Shown here: positions 1 through 9,098 of the stretch, in pieces
Layout of the letters: every line of letters begins with the position of its first letter
Numbering within the stretch: the first letter of the stretch is position 1
NCBI RefSeq assembly: GCF_027063845.1
Contig: NZ_JAMOQU010000089.1
Location: forward strand, 7,604 to 71,603
Origin: Thermococcus sp.
GTDB lineage: Archaea; Methanobacteriota_B; Thermococci; Thermococcales; Thermococcaceae
Length of the DNA stretch: 64,000 nucleotides
Direction: 5' to 3'
Made by a program: the position numbers and the translations under genes
Notes under the pieces: generated by a model
What the model saw: the letters and a program-made list of their open reading frames with translations, nothing else
Database searches by the model: none
Told to the model about the DNA's origin: nothing

Positions 1-266
1 CAACCGGTATAGTTGCCAAGGGCCCTCTTCTTCATGCGGTCCATCATGGCTTTTATCCTGAAATGCATGGTCATATTGACGGTGGTATTGTCGTCAGGTA
101 TCGTGAAGTCCATGGCCATCGTGAAGTTCTCATCATAATGGGCCGTTTTTATGTTCTTTATGGCCTTAATGACCTTCTCCTCGGTTAGGCCGGTGCTCTT
201 ACCAACGCATCCGGCGGCGAGGACAACAATCGCAACGAGGAACAGCGAGAGGGCAACCTTCCTCAT
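1..266 (-). CDS. putative lipoprotein, N-terminal part (gene runs off the left edge)
   Basis: ATG at 266 is preceded by GGAGGT. Translation MRKVALSLFLVAIVVLAAGCVGKST... gives a signal peptide plus a lipobox-like AAGC. The frame stays open to position 1. It is absent from the ORF track because it is open-ended. Confidence 0.55.
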   Translation of the reverse strand, partial: MRKVALSLFLVAIVVLAAGCVGKSTGLTEEKVIKAIKNIKTAHYDENFTMAMDFTIPDDNTTVNMTMHFRIKAMMDRMKKRALGNYTG

Positions 267-509
267 CACTACTACCTCCGCTCGTTTTCAAGTAGGGGAG
301 GAGAATCGAGTTTAAATACTTTTCGATTAAGGAAAAATTGAAAACTATATTGGATAAAACACCCTCATTGTAAGTGGTTACAACTAGAGGAATATCGTTC
401 TTGAGAGAGAAGAAAGAGGTTAACACCACTCCCCGAGGACCATAAAGTTTCCCGTCAACAGGCCCTCACTTCCCCCAGCAGAGATGTAAGTTCTCCGCTC
501 GAAAACACC

Positions 510-895
510 TCAAAGAAGTCTCCTATTGGAATCCACACTAAGAACAAGCCTCATGCTGAGCTTGGTGGTTATAATATAGGGGTTTTCAAGCGGACCGGCG
601 TTCACGGTCTCCGTCCTGTTGAGCTGTAACGTTAAGTGATAAATCTCATCTGAACGGGTGATGTTTACAAGCTTTCCGTTCTGGGCGACGTATCTGATGA
701 AGTTCAAAACGTTCCACTCAATCCACGCACTGTTGAAGGCCAAATCTCTGAGAAAAGTATCGTTGGTTTCAGGGTTCAAAACAACAGCATACTCCCTTCC
801 ATCCCTGATTATCCTCCAGAACGCGCTGGAGTTCTAAAGGATGTAAGAAGTGTAAGGAGAAAAACAACAAAAATCGCCAGGAGAACGCGTTTCAT
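510..895 (-). pseudogene. secreted hypothetical protein, apparently frameshifted
   Basis: ATG at 895 opens a 28-codon ORF, MKRVLLAIFVVFLLTLLTSFRTPARSGG*, which is a signal peptide ending at 809. The 510..779 ORF frame is open upstream to 833 with no ATG/GTG. The two frames overlap at 809-833, so a 1-nt shift would fuse them. Confidence 0.45.
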
Positions 896-898
896 CAG

Positions 899-1114
899 TT
901 ATACTTCGAATTTCTGGAGGAAAATCCTCAAATCCGTTTTGAAGGGCTCCTCGGCGCGCTGGAGCTCCTCGTTCAGAAGCTGGAGGAAGTTCTCCTCGTC
1001 GGTCGCCTCCTCCCAGAGCCTTCTAACGAGGTTCTCCAGCCTGTCCCAGTACTCCACGTAGGGGCGGGCTTCAAAGAGGGCCCGTTCAAGCTTTTCGTCG
1101 TTTTTCACCGCCAT
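899..1114 (-). CDS. small helical hypothetical protein
   Basis: 71-aa ORF that overlaps the upstream PrsW-like gene by 10 nt (operonic). Acidic and helical composition. No family recognised. Confidence 0.5.
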   Translation of the reverse strand: MAVKNDEKLERALFEARPYVEYWDRLENLVRRLWEEATDEENFLQLLNEELQRAEEPFKTDLRIFLQKFEV

Positions 1115-1809
1115 CCCCTCCTGAAGAGGTAATACCAGAACCTCTGCCTGTCTTCTTCTTCTCCCAGGATGAGGAAGTAGCGGAGGATGGAGAGGTTAAC
1201 GAGGAGGAGGAATATCAGCATTATGTTATAGGCCGGAACAGTCGCGCTCAAGAAGGCGAAGTAGTCCCAGGTGAAGTGAAGGAATATCGCAAGGGCGTAG
1301 AAGTTGCCCAGGATTACGGGTCGGCCCTCCGCCCTTAGGCCGTAGCCCACCCCTATTATAGCGGTCCACGTTGCGTGGGCGATTGGCGTCAGGAATGCCC
1401 TCGTCAGCGTCACCGCGACGCCCCAGCCGAGGCCGTAGAGGAAGTTTTCGGTGGCGGCGAAGCCGAGACCCGCGGCGACTCCGTAGACGAGGCCGTCCAT
1501 TATACCGTCCATCTGGCCGGCCTTATAGGGAAACCTGACCGCGAGGGCCTTGGCCGGCTCCTCAACGAGACCAGCAACAAGCGCAACGTAAAAGGCCGTC
1601 GTTGGGAGAATGGGCTGTATAAGACCTCCAACGGTCAGAACACTCTCTAGGATGTAAGATATGCCAACCGAGAGCGTCGCACCGAGGAGGAACGTCGCTA
1701 TAACGTAGCGCTTTGGTTCTGGCTCGTACTTGTCCTTGTGATAGAAGTACCAGAGTATCGCGAGTGCAGGAGCGTAGGCGAAGAACAAAAGCGTTGTCAG
1801 CACGTCCAT
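1105..1809 (-). CDS. PrsW-family intramembrane metalloprotease
   Basis: Polytopic membrane protein with EEPAK (EExxK), FAATEN (FxxxE) and HATW (Hxxx) motifs typical of PrsW. ATG at 1809 follows GGTGAT; GTG at 1818 is an alternative start. Confidence 0.65.
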   Translation of the reverse strand: MDVLTTLLFFAYAPALAILWYFYHKDKYEPEPKRYVIATFLLGATLSVGISYILESVLTVGGLIQPILPTTAFYVALVAGLVEEPAKALAVRFPYKAGQMDGIMDGLVYGVAAGLGFAATENFLYGLGWGVAVTLTRAFLTPIAHATWTAIIGVGYGLRAEGRPVILGNFYALAIFLHFTWDYFAFLSATVPAYNIMLIFLLLVNLSILRYFLILGEEEDRQRFWYYLFRRGWR

Positions 1810-1854
1810 CGCTATCACCTATGAGGGTAATCTTTGAGGGGTTTAAATCTTTCG

Positions 1855-2532
1855 TTATAACCGTGAGAGAACTTCCCGAAGCTGGGACAGCTTCCCGAAG
1901 TCTAGGAGTTCATTATCGAGGGGCACCAAAACCCTAAAGTCCTCCGGGTAGAACCGCAGAAATGGCGAAACAATTTCTCTGAGAACGTCGTTGCCGTAGG
2001 CCCAGGGGCTGAACGCGGGCAGGACGATGAGCTTCTCGCCGAGGAGAAAGGCCGGGACCTTAACGATGGCCCCAACCTCGTCCCTGAGCCTTATCGCCGG
2101 GTGCTCGTGGCCGATTATGAAGCGCTCACCTTCAACGACCCTGTGACCGTGAACGAGCTTCCACCTTCCGAGCTTAAGTTCATCAACGACCTCAACGCCG
2201 AGCTCTCGGAGCCAGAGAGTTCCAACGTCGTGGTTCCCTCTGACGAGGACTATCTCTTCAACGAGCGGACCAATCTCTTCGAAAAACGCCTTGAGCTCCG
2301 CCCTCTCACGCCACTCCGGGATGAAGGAGTGCTTCAGGTCGCCGTTTATGATGAGCCTCTTCGGCCTTTCGCGCTTTATCAGGCCCTTTAAATCCCCCAC
2401 GACCTCATGGAAAACCCTGGGGAGGTAGAACCCCTCCCTGGCCATCGCTATCTCGTATCCGAGGTGCAGGTCGGATATGATGAGGTTTCTTCCCAGGAGC
2501 AGTGCCTTCTCAGGGAGGGGCTTCGGTTCCAT
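1855..2532 (-). CDS. calcineurin-like metallophosphoesterase
   Basis: Motifs ISDLHLG, NGDLKH, VRGNHD, HGH and GHEHP match the metallophosphoesterase signature set. Confidence 0.75.
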   Translation of the reverse strand: MEPKPLPEKALLLGRNLIISDLHLGYEIAMAREGFYLPRVFHEVVGDLKGLIKRERPKRLIINGDLKHSFIPEWRERAELKAFFEEIGPLVEEIVLVRGNHDVGTLWLRELGVEVVDELKLGRWKLVHGHRVVEGERFIIGHEHPAIRLRDEVGAIVKVPAFLLGEKLIVLPAFSPWAYGNDVLREIVSPFLRFYPEDFRVLVPLDNELLDFGKLSQLREVLSRL

Positions 2533-2623
2533 GGTTGTGGGTTCGTTTAAATGCTTTTAAACTTTGTTAGGGAAACCGAAAAGGTTTTAAGTCCGTCCGC
2601 CGAGGTAACAATGGTGAGTAAAA

Positions 2624-2902
2624 ATGGCCTATATTGGGTTTGCGAGGAGTCCTCATGGGCCCGCGAGGACATACGAACTTATTCTTGAGGAGCTAAGGAA
2701 AAGGGGATTCCGCGTTGATTTCTCAAAGCACCACTGGATGGGGGATGTTCCATTCGGGCTCGTCATCGCGGAAACGGATAACGGGAAAATAGCGGTCAGG
2801 TGGAACCTTGGGCGGGAATTCAGCCTCAAAATCGAAGAGGTAAGCGACGAGGACTGGGATGAGTTTGTGGAGGACACCCTGGAGTACCTCAGCGGCGATT
2901 GA
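2624..2902 (+). CDS. hypothetical protein (92 aa)
   Basis: Clean ORF with an acidic C-terminus. No recognisable motif. Confidence 0.45.
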   Translation: MAYIGFARSPHGPARTYELILEELRKRGFRVDFSKHHWMGDVPFGLVIAETDNGKIAVRWNLGREFSLKIEEVSDEDWDEFVEDTLEYLSGD

Positions 2903-3464
2903 TGTAGTGGATTCCGGTTTCATTCACCATTTCTTTGACTGTCTCAAGGCCCAGGAGCATGTAGTTTTTGTCCATAGGCGGCGCTATGTAACCGATGTAA
3001 GAACCATTCACGAACTTCCAGCTCCCTATTTCCTGGAAGTAAACCTCGTTGCCGTTTGAGGAGCTCTTGCTCGTCCAAACTACTATTGAGAGGGTTTCAA
3101 GTTTTTGAGTGAAGTTAACTGCAAGGTAGCCGTAGCCAAGGTTCCCCTCGCATTCGGTATCGTTCGTTTCAAAGCCAAGGGCTTTCAACGTTCCAGCATC
3201 AATTTCATAAACGGTGAGCACTCCAGTTGGTGTAAAGTTGTAAACGTACGCGACGGAGCAGTCATCGAGGAGCCTGTCCCCAATGGTGAACTGCCACTTT
3301 CCTTCTGGAGGTGAAGGGCCGAGGTAAATCGCCGTAACGTTAGGGGGTGCAGGGGTTATACCACCCATGAGGTCCTTCCACCAAGGGCCTATGGAGAGGA
3401 CTAGTATCGCAACAAACGCGACCAGTGATAGTATCACTACCCTGCTCTTGAAGGGGCTCTTCAT
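2889..3464 (-). CDS. membrane-anchored/exported hypothetical protein
   Basis: N-terminal MKSPFKSRVVILSLVAFVAILVLSI is a TM/signal anchor. Several N-x-S/T sequons. GGAGG lies 6 nt upstream of ATG 3464 (the track start at 3494 is less likely). GC content looks lower than the neighbours. Confidence 0.5.
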   Translation of the reverse strand: MKSPFKSRVVILSLVAFVAILVLSIGPWWKDLMGGITPAPPNVTAIYLGPSPPEGKWQFTIGDRLLDDCSVAYVYNFTPTGVLTVYEIDAGTLKALGFETNDTECEGNLGYGYLAVNFTQKLETLSIVVWTSKSSSNGNEVYFQEIGSWKFVNGSYIGYIAPPMDKNYMLLGLETVKEMVNETGIHYINRR

Positions 3465-3509
3465 GGGCATCCTCCAAAGGTAGTTGGAGAACATCCTAGA
3501 AATAGTTTA

Positions 3510-4190
3510 TCATTCTAGATGTTTTCTCTTTTGGACGTTCTCAATCACATCGAACAGGCTCCACAGATCCCTTATGACGTGAAGGTGCGGAATTAGGGCA
3601 AGCTTCTCTCGGTTCTTCTCAACGAAGCGAGCGGTAAACGGGAAGTAGTACCACACGAACTCCGTGTTCTCGTCGCCCCTGCCAATGAAGCGCCAGGGCT
3701 TGTCGTCCACCCAGATGAAGGTCTCGTTCCCGTACTTCTCGCGGACGAGCTGAAAGGCCTCGTCGAGCGTCATCTTCCTGCCAAAGACGATAACGTCGTC
3801 GAAGAGGTCATAGAGGCCGGCCATCTTCAGCCGTTTGACCTTCATGCCGTCTATGAAGTCCTCTGCCGAGAAGGATATGACCGTGTGCCCCTCTTCCCTA
3901 AGTCGCTTTAGGAACTCAGGGGCATCGTCTATGGGCCGACTAAGCTTCGCCCTCTCGATGAACCACGTCTCGAAGAACTTTGTCCGGAGGAAGAACGGCG
4001 GTTTGTGGGTCTTTTTATGGCCCCCGAGGCTCGGCCTCTCGAACTGGAGCTCAATTTTGGTCAACAGCTTCGCCCACAGCCCCTTTCCAGGGAGCCAGCG
4101 GTAGCGCTTCTCAAGTGCCCGCTTAAAGGCCTCCTCTATGCAGGAGTAGCTGTCCACGAGCGTTCCGTCGAAGTCGAAGCCGATTATCAT
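3510..4190 (-). CDS. HAD-superfamily hydrolase
   Basis: MIIGFDFDGTLVDS is HAD motif I (DxDGT), and a late VDD motif is present. The internal ATG at 4190 was chosen over the track start at 4271. Confidence 0.7.
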   Translation of the reverse strand: MIIGFDFDGTLVDSYSCIEEAFKRALEKRYRWLPGKGLWAKLLTKIELQFERPSLGGHKKTHKPPFFLRTKFFETWFIERAKLSRPIDDAPEFLKRLREEGHTVISFSAEDFIDGMKVKRLKMAGLYDLFDDVIVFGRKMTLDEAFQLVREKYGNETFIWVDDKPWRFIGRGDENTEFVWYYFPFTARFVEKNREKLALIPHLHVIRDLWSLFDVIENVQKRKHLE

Positions 4191-4366
4191 TGACGACCCC
4201 TTAACTGGGGAGGATGATGGACATTTAAGCGTTGTCCCGGGTGACTTTTTCCATGTCGGATGATACGGCATGACCTGGAGGGCTCCAAAAACTATAACCC
4301 TAATAACTCGAAAAAGTTTTAACCACGCGTCACCTCACAAGCCTCGCATACACTTGGGGTGATAAA

Positions 4367-5662
4367 ATGAAGAGGGCTGGAGCCATAGTTCTCGTCCTTA
4401 TAGTACTCGGTGGGCTGGGCTTCGTGAGCGCCTGGCCGACGAACGGACCGACCCTCGAAGACCCAATGAACGTCCACCAGAAGCTGACCTACAAGGCCAT
4501 ACAGGCTGTCTACAGGGACAACCCGACCCTCGGCTCGATACTCATGCAGTACCGGGACCAGCTCCTCTACGGAGCATACGACGAGGACTGGCGCGGTGGA
4601 AGCATCGAGTTCAAGGGCAAGACCTACACCCTCCAGAGCCAGTACCACTTCCTTGACCCGATGGATCACGCCGAGCTTCTTACAGTCAATCTCTTTGGCG
4701 ATGCGGACACATCGGCCGCCGACATGGCCCAGAGGCTCTACGAGCAGGCGGTTCAGCTCTGGAAGGAGGGCAAAAGGGAGGAGGCCATGCTATACCTCGG
4801 CAGGACGGTTCACATTCTCGAGGACATGAGCATGCTCGTTGCCCACACGACCCCCCACATGTTCGAAGACCTTGAGCAGTTCAAGTACATAGAGAACGCC
4901 CACGACTTCGTCGAGAACGAGGTTTCCCCCGCCGTCGCCGACGACATACTCAACGACCGCGTCCCCCTCGACCTCACGCCGATAAAGTGGTGGCAGATTC
5001 CTCAGGAGAAGGAGAGGTTCATCATGGGGAAGGACATCTACGTTGCCGACAACGAGAACGGCCACATGAGCCTCGCCAACGGCGTCGCCTGGGCCTACGC
5101 CGACCTCATCGCCCACAACTCCTGGCGTTACATGCTCTACTCGACCGGCAAGGACATCAATCTCTGGAGCGAGCGCGGCCACCTCGGAAGCTACTTCTGG
5201 ACGAAGGAGCTCAAGAAGGGCGACTGGAGCGTCCTCAAGCTTGAGTTCAAGGGAGCCAGCTCAATAACCATCGTCTTCAAGGACATAGACATGCAGAACG
5301 CCTACTTCAAGACCCTCGGCTACGTTGAGGTCTACGACAAAAACTGGAACCTAATCGCCCGCTACGCCCAGGACCCGAACCCGCTCAAAGACACCAGAGT
5401 CACCGTTCCGGGGGATACAGTCTACATCTACACCCACGTTGATAAGGACGACTGGCTCGACGACGATGTCGACGGCTGGGCGATAAGGAACATCGAGCTC
5501 CACGCCAACTTCGACGTGAACGCACCGAGCGGCTTCAAGACCCTCGACGGTAGAGAGTACAGCCTCGTCCAATGGTCCGTCTACGAGACCATGCAGTACG
5601 ACATAAGGGCCGTCGCCGGGCTCATGGAAAAGTTCTTCGAGGACGTCGGCGTTACCAGCTAA
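4367..5662 (+). CDS. secreted zinc-dependent phospholipase C-like protein with a C-terminal beta-rich domain
   Basis: The signal peptide ends VSA|W. Mature W1, VHQKL, YGAYDEDW, YHFLDP, HILEDMSMLVAH and ENAHDFVE align with Bacillus cereus PLC zinc ligands W1, H14, D55, H69, H118/D122/H128 and H142/E146. Confidence 0.75.
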   Translation: MKRAGAIVLVLIVLGGLGFVSAWPTNGPTLEDPMNVHQKLTYKAIQAVYRDNPTLGSILMQYRDQLLYGAYDEDWRGGSIEFKGKTYTLQSQYHFLDPMDHAELLTVNLFGDADTSAADMAQRLYEQAVQLWKEGKREEAMLYLGRTVHILEDMSMLVAHTTPHMFEDLEQFKYIENAHDFVENEVSPAVADDILNDRVPLDLTPIKWWQIPQEKERFIMGKDIYVADNENGHMSLANGVAWAYADLIAHNSWRYMLYSTGKDINLWSERGHLGSYFWTKELKKGDWSVLKLEFKGASSITIVFKDIDMQNAYFKTLGYVEVYDKNWNLIARYAQDPNPLKDTRVTVPGDTVYIYTHVDKDDWLDDDVDGWAIRNIELHANFDVNAPSGFKTLDGREYSLVQWSVYETMQYDIRAVAGLMEKFFEDVGVTS

Positions 5663-5746
5663 TCTCTTCTCTTTTTTTGAGCACAAAGCATATATTCCAC
5701 CCAGCCAACTTTTAAACGACCGTCTTAACCTTTCGAGGTGATTGCC

Positions 5747-7093
5747 ATGGGAAAGCACTACCTTCCCAACCTCGCTCAGAGGGATGAAATGCTGAAGGAA
5801 ATCGGCTTCAGCTCAATCGAAGAGCTCTTCTCGGACGTCCCCGAGGGAATGGTGAAGGAGTTCAACCTCCCAGAGGGAAAGAGCGAGTACGAGGTCTTCC
5901 TCGAGCTCAACGAGGTCCTTTCGAAGAACAAAACCGTCCTCGAGATGCCGAGCTTCCTCGGCGCTGGAACCTACTTCCATTACGTCCCAGCTCACGTTAA
6001 GTACCTCATCGAGAGGAGCGAGTTCCTGACCGCTTACACCCCCTATCAGCCCGAGATAAGCCAAGGTATGCTCCAGGCTCTCTTTGAGTACCAGAGCATG
6101 ATGGCCGAACTCTACGGCCTGCCGGTCGTCAACTCCTCGATGTACGACTGGGGAACGGCAATAGCTGAGGCCGCTTTGATGAGCGTCAGACTTCACAGGG
6201 GCAAAAGGAAGCGCTTCGTGATTCCAAAGGCGATAAGCCCTGAGAAAAAGGCCGTCATCGAGACATACACGCGCGGTGCAAACCTTGAGATAGTCGAGGT
6301 TCCCTGGGACGAGAGGGGCCAGCTCGATATCGAGAAGCTCAAGGAATCCGTTGAAAATTCGGCTGGTGTTTACGTCGAGATGGCCAACTTCTTCGGCCTG
6401 GTTGAGGAGAACGTTAGAGAGATAGGCGAGATAGCCAAGGAAGCAGGAGCTTACTTCGTCGTTGGGGCCGACCCGACGATGCTCGGAATCTTCGAGGCGC
6501 CGGGCGAACTCGGGGCGGACATAGCGGTCGGTGAGGCTTCATACCTCGGCAACCCGATGAACTTCGGCGGGCCGAGGGCAGGAGTTTTCGCGGTCAGGAA
6601 CGACAAGAAGCTCATCCGCCAGATGCCGGGCAGGATAATCGGAATGACGAGAGATGCTGAAGGAAAGAGGGCCTTTGTCATGACCCTCCAGACGAGGGAA
6701 CAGCACATAAGACGCGCCAAAGCTACCTCAAACATCTGTTCGAACGAAGCACTCGTTGCCGTTGCTTCCGCCATACATCTGGCCAGTCTCGGGCCGAAGG
6801 GCTTGAGGGAGCTCGGCGAGGTCATACTCAAGAACACCGCCTACCTGAAGAAGAGGCTGGGCGAAGTGGCCGAGATTCCCTTCGAGGGCCTCTACTTCAA
6901 GGATGTTCCTGCTCGCTTCGAAAAGCCATACAGCGAGATACACGAGGCCCTTCTCGCGAGGGGAATACACGGCGGCTACTACATAGGTAAGCACTTCCCG
7001 GAGCTCGGCGAGACCGCGCTCTTCTCGGCAACTGAGACGACGAGGAAGGAATGGGTTGAGGTCCTAATCGAGGCCCTCAAGGAGGTGGCCTGA
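5747..7093 (+). CDS. gcvPA: glycine dehydrogenase (decarboxylating) subunit 1
   Basis: Length and sequence are typical of split P-protein subunit 1. It is followed immediately by subunit 2. ATG 5747 follows GGTGAT. Confidence 0.93.
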   Translation: MGKHYLPNLAQRDEMLKEIGFSSIEELFSDVPEGMVKEFNLPEGKSEYEVFLELNEVLSKNKTVLEMPSFLGAGTYFHYVPAHVKYLIERSEFLTAYTPYQPEISQGMLQALFEYQSMMAELYGLPVVNSSMYDWGTAIAEAALMSVRLHRGKRKRFVIPKAISPEKKAVIETYTRGANLEIVEVPWDERGQLDIEKLKESVENSAGVYVEMANFFGLVEENVREIGEIAKEAGAYFVVGADPTMLGIFEAPGELGADIAVGEASYLGNPMNFGGPRAGVFAVRNDKKLIRQMPGRIIGMTRDAEGKRAFVMTLQTREQHIRRAKATSNICSNEALVAVASAIHLASLGPKGLRELGEVILKNTAYLKKRLGEVAEIPFEGLYFKDVPARFEKPYSEIHEALLARGIHGGYYIGKHFPELGETALFSATETTRKEWVEVLIEALKEVA

Positions 7094-8602
7094 ATGTTCC
7101 GCCAGGCTAAGTGGGACGAACCCCTAATCTTCGAGCTTTCCCGCGAGGGACGGGTCGGTTATACGTTGCCGAAGCCGATTGAGGACGTTGATGTCGAAAT
7201 TCCCGAGAAGCTCAGAAGGAAGAGCAAACTCGGCCTTCCCGAGCTGAGCGAGCCGGAGATAGTGAAGCACTACACCCGCTTGAGCGAGATGAACTATGGA
7301 GTAGATTCTGGCATCTATCCCCTCGGCTCGTGCACCATGAAGTACAACCCCAAGATAAACGAGGAGATTGCCGGTCACCCCGGGGTCGCCTACGTCCACC
7401 CGTATCAGGACGAGAGAACCGTCCAGGGCGCGCTTAGAATAATGTGGGAGCTGGAGCAGTGGCTCAAGGAGATAACCGGCATGGACCGCTTCACGCTCCA
7501 ACCAGCTGCCGGGGCAAACGGCGAATTCACCGGCGTTTCCATAATAAGGGCTTACCACCTCGACAACGAGGAACCCCAGAGGGACGAGATGCTGGTGGCC
7601 GATTCCGCCCATGGAACGAACCCGGCCAGCGCGGCGATGGCCGGCTTCAAGGTCATCGAGATTCCCTCGACGGAAGAAGGGACGATGGACCTGGAGGCCC
7701 TTGAGAACGCGGTCGGCGAGAGGACGGCTGGATTAATGCTCACAAACCCCAACACCCTCGGTATCTTTGAGGACGAGATATTGGAGATAGCGAAGATAGT
7801 GCATAAGGCCGGCGGGCTTCTATACTACGATGGGGCGAACCTCAACGCCGTCCTCGGAAAGGTTAGACCAGGCGACATGGGCTTCGACGTTGTTCACCTC
7901 AACCTGCACAAGACGTTCTCAACACCGCACGGTGGAGGCGGGCCGGGAAGCGGGCCGGTCGGAGTTAAGGACTTCCTCAAGGACTACCTGCCCGTTCCGC
8001 TGGTGAGCTACGACGAGGAGAACGACCGCTACTACCTCGACTACAACGTGCCCAAGAGCATAGGGAAGGTGAAGGAGCTCTACGGCAACTTCGCGGTCAT
8101 GGTGAGGGCTCTCGTTTACCTCAAGGTCATGGGCAAGGAGGGACTGAAGAACGCGAGCGAGATAGCTGTTCTCAACGCCAACTACCTGACGAGAAAGCTT
8201 TTGGGAACGAAGGGCTACGAGTTGCCAGGCAAAAAGCTTAGAAAGCACGAAACCGTCTTTTCAGCCGAACCGATGAAGAAGGAAACTGGCGTGACGGCAA
8301 TGGACGTGGCGAAGAGACTTCTCGACTTTGGACTGCACGCGCCCACCGTTTACTTCCCGCTGATTGTGCACGAGGCTCTGATGATTGAACCGACAGAAAC
8401 CGTCAGCAGGGAAGAGATTGACGCATACGTCGAGGCGCTGAAGAGGATAAGCGAGGAAGCCTACAACAACCCCGAGGTCGTTAAGGGCGCTCCCCACAAC
8501 ACAGCAGTTAGGCGCGTGGACGACGTTCTTGCCGCCAAAAAGCCCGTCCTCAGCTGGAGGATGTACCTCGAGCTGAAGGAGAAGGGCGAAGTAGACTACT
8601 AA
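7094..8602 (+). CDS. gcvPB: glycine dehydrogenase (decarboxylating) subunit 2
   Basis: The start abuts the gcvPA stop. The PLP-lysine region [16 protein letters not shown] is typical of P-protein subunit 2. Confidence 0.95.
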   Translation: MFRQAKWDEPLIFELSREGRVGYTLPKPIEDVDVEIPEKLRRKSKLGLPELSEPEIVKHYTRLSEMNYGVDSGIYPLGSCTMKYNPKINEEIAGHPGVAYVHPYQDERTVQGALRIMWELEQWLKEITGMDRFTLQPAAGANGEFTGVSIIRAYHLDNEEPQRDEMLVADSAHGTNPASAAMAGFKVIEIPSTEEGTMDLEALENAVGERTAGLMLTNPNTLGIFEDEILEIAKIVHKAGGLLYYDGANLNAVLGKVRPGDMGFDVVHLNLHKTFSTPHGGGGPGSGPVGVKDFLKDYLPVPLVSYDEENDRYYLDYNVPKSIGKVKELYGNFAVMVRALVYLKVMGKEGLKNASEIAVLNANYLTRKLLGTKGYELPGKKLRKHETVFSAEPMKKETGVTAMDVAKRLLDFGLHAPTVYFPLIVHEALMIEPTETVSREEIDAYVEALKRISEEAYNNPEVVKGAPHNTAVRRVDDVLAAKKPVLSWRMYLELKEKGEVDY

Positions 8603-8647
8603 CTCCAATTTTTCTATATCATTTTACGGACCCTTAAAAAGAAACCC

Positions 8648-8670
8648 GGTCTAAAATAACTTTTTAGACC
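8648..8670. terminator. hairpin with T-run downstream of gcvPB
   Basis: GGTCTAAAA-taact-TTTTAGACC is an inverted repeat containing T5. A further T5 lies at 8609-8613. Confidence 0.3.
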
Positions 8671-8697
8671 TCCTTGAAATTGCGGTAGAATAAAGAA

Positions 8698-8990
8698 TCA
8701 CGAACCTTGGTCAAACTTCGCGCTCAGCCTTTGAGAAAGGCTGGCGAAAAGAGCGCCCTTCTCACCAAAGGGCAAAAACAGTCGTGCATTTGCCGAGTGC
8801 AAGTTTGGACAGGGTTTAACACCAAACAAGGCTTTTCAAGCAGTTCCAACTTTGTTATTAGCGTCCGAAGGACGCCGTTTAAAGGATGGAACACTCACCA
8901 AAGAGCACGTGGATAAGAAACCCACTTGGAAATTAATACTTCAAAAAAGCACTTAATCTTCCGCCAGCGCTTGCGAAGCAAGGGCTGTAA
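8698..8990 (-). repeat. tRNA-3'-anchored hairpin-rich repeat unit (copy A)
   Basis: A unit of about 290 bp that ends exactly at the CCA end of tRNA-Thr(GGU). Long identical runs are shared with 38886-39185. Hairpins: CAGCCTTTgagaAAGGCTG, GCGTCCgaaGGACGC, and a GCTTGCG.AAGC palindrome. Confidence 0.8.
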
Positions 8991-9067
8991 TGGAGCCCCG
9001 GGCGGGGTTTGAACCCGCGACCTGCCGCTTACCAAGCGGCCGCTCCACCAGGCTGAGCCACCGGGGC
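8991..9067 (-). tRNA. tRNA-Thr (anticodon GGU), CCA encoded
   Basis: Cloverleaf read by hand: acceptor GCCCCGG/CCGGGGC, anticodon loop TTGGTAA, T-arm GCGGG-TTCAAAC-CCCGC, discriminator U plus CCA. TATA CTTTATAAATTT lies about 35 nt upstream at 9097-9110. Confidence 0.9.
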
Positions 9068-9098
9068 GCTGTTGACGTTGATACGATGGAGGGAGCCT

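Noticed and set aside
8707-8916. 69-aa ORF inside repeat copy A. Similar ORFs lie in the other copies: 21381-21614, 21858-22166, 38064-38342, 38332-38706, 38727-38993 and 39117-39317.
   Set aside because: None has a Shine-Dalgarno or promoter context. Some run through tRNA genes. The reading frames are not preserved between copies of the repeat, and the amino-acid composition is odd. They are treated as chance ORFs in non-coding repeats.
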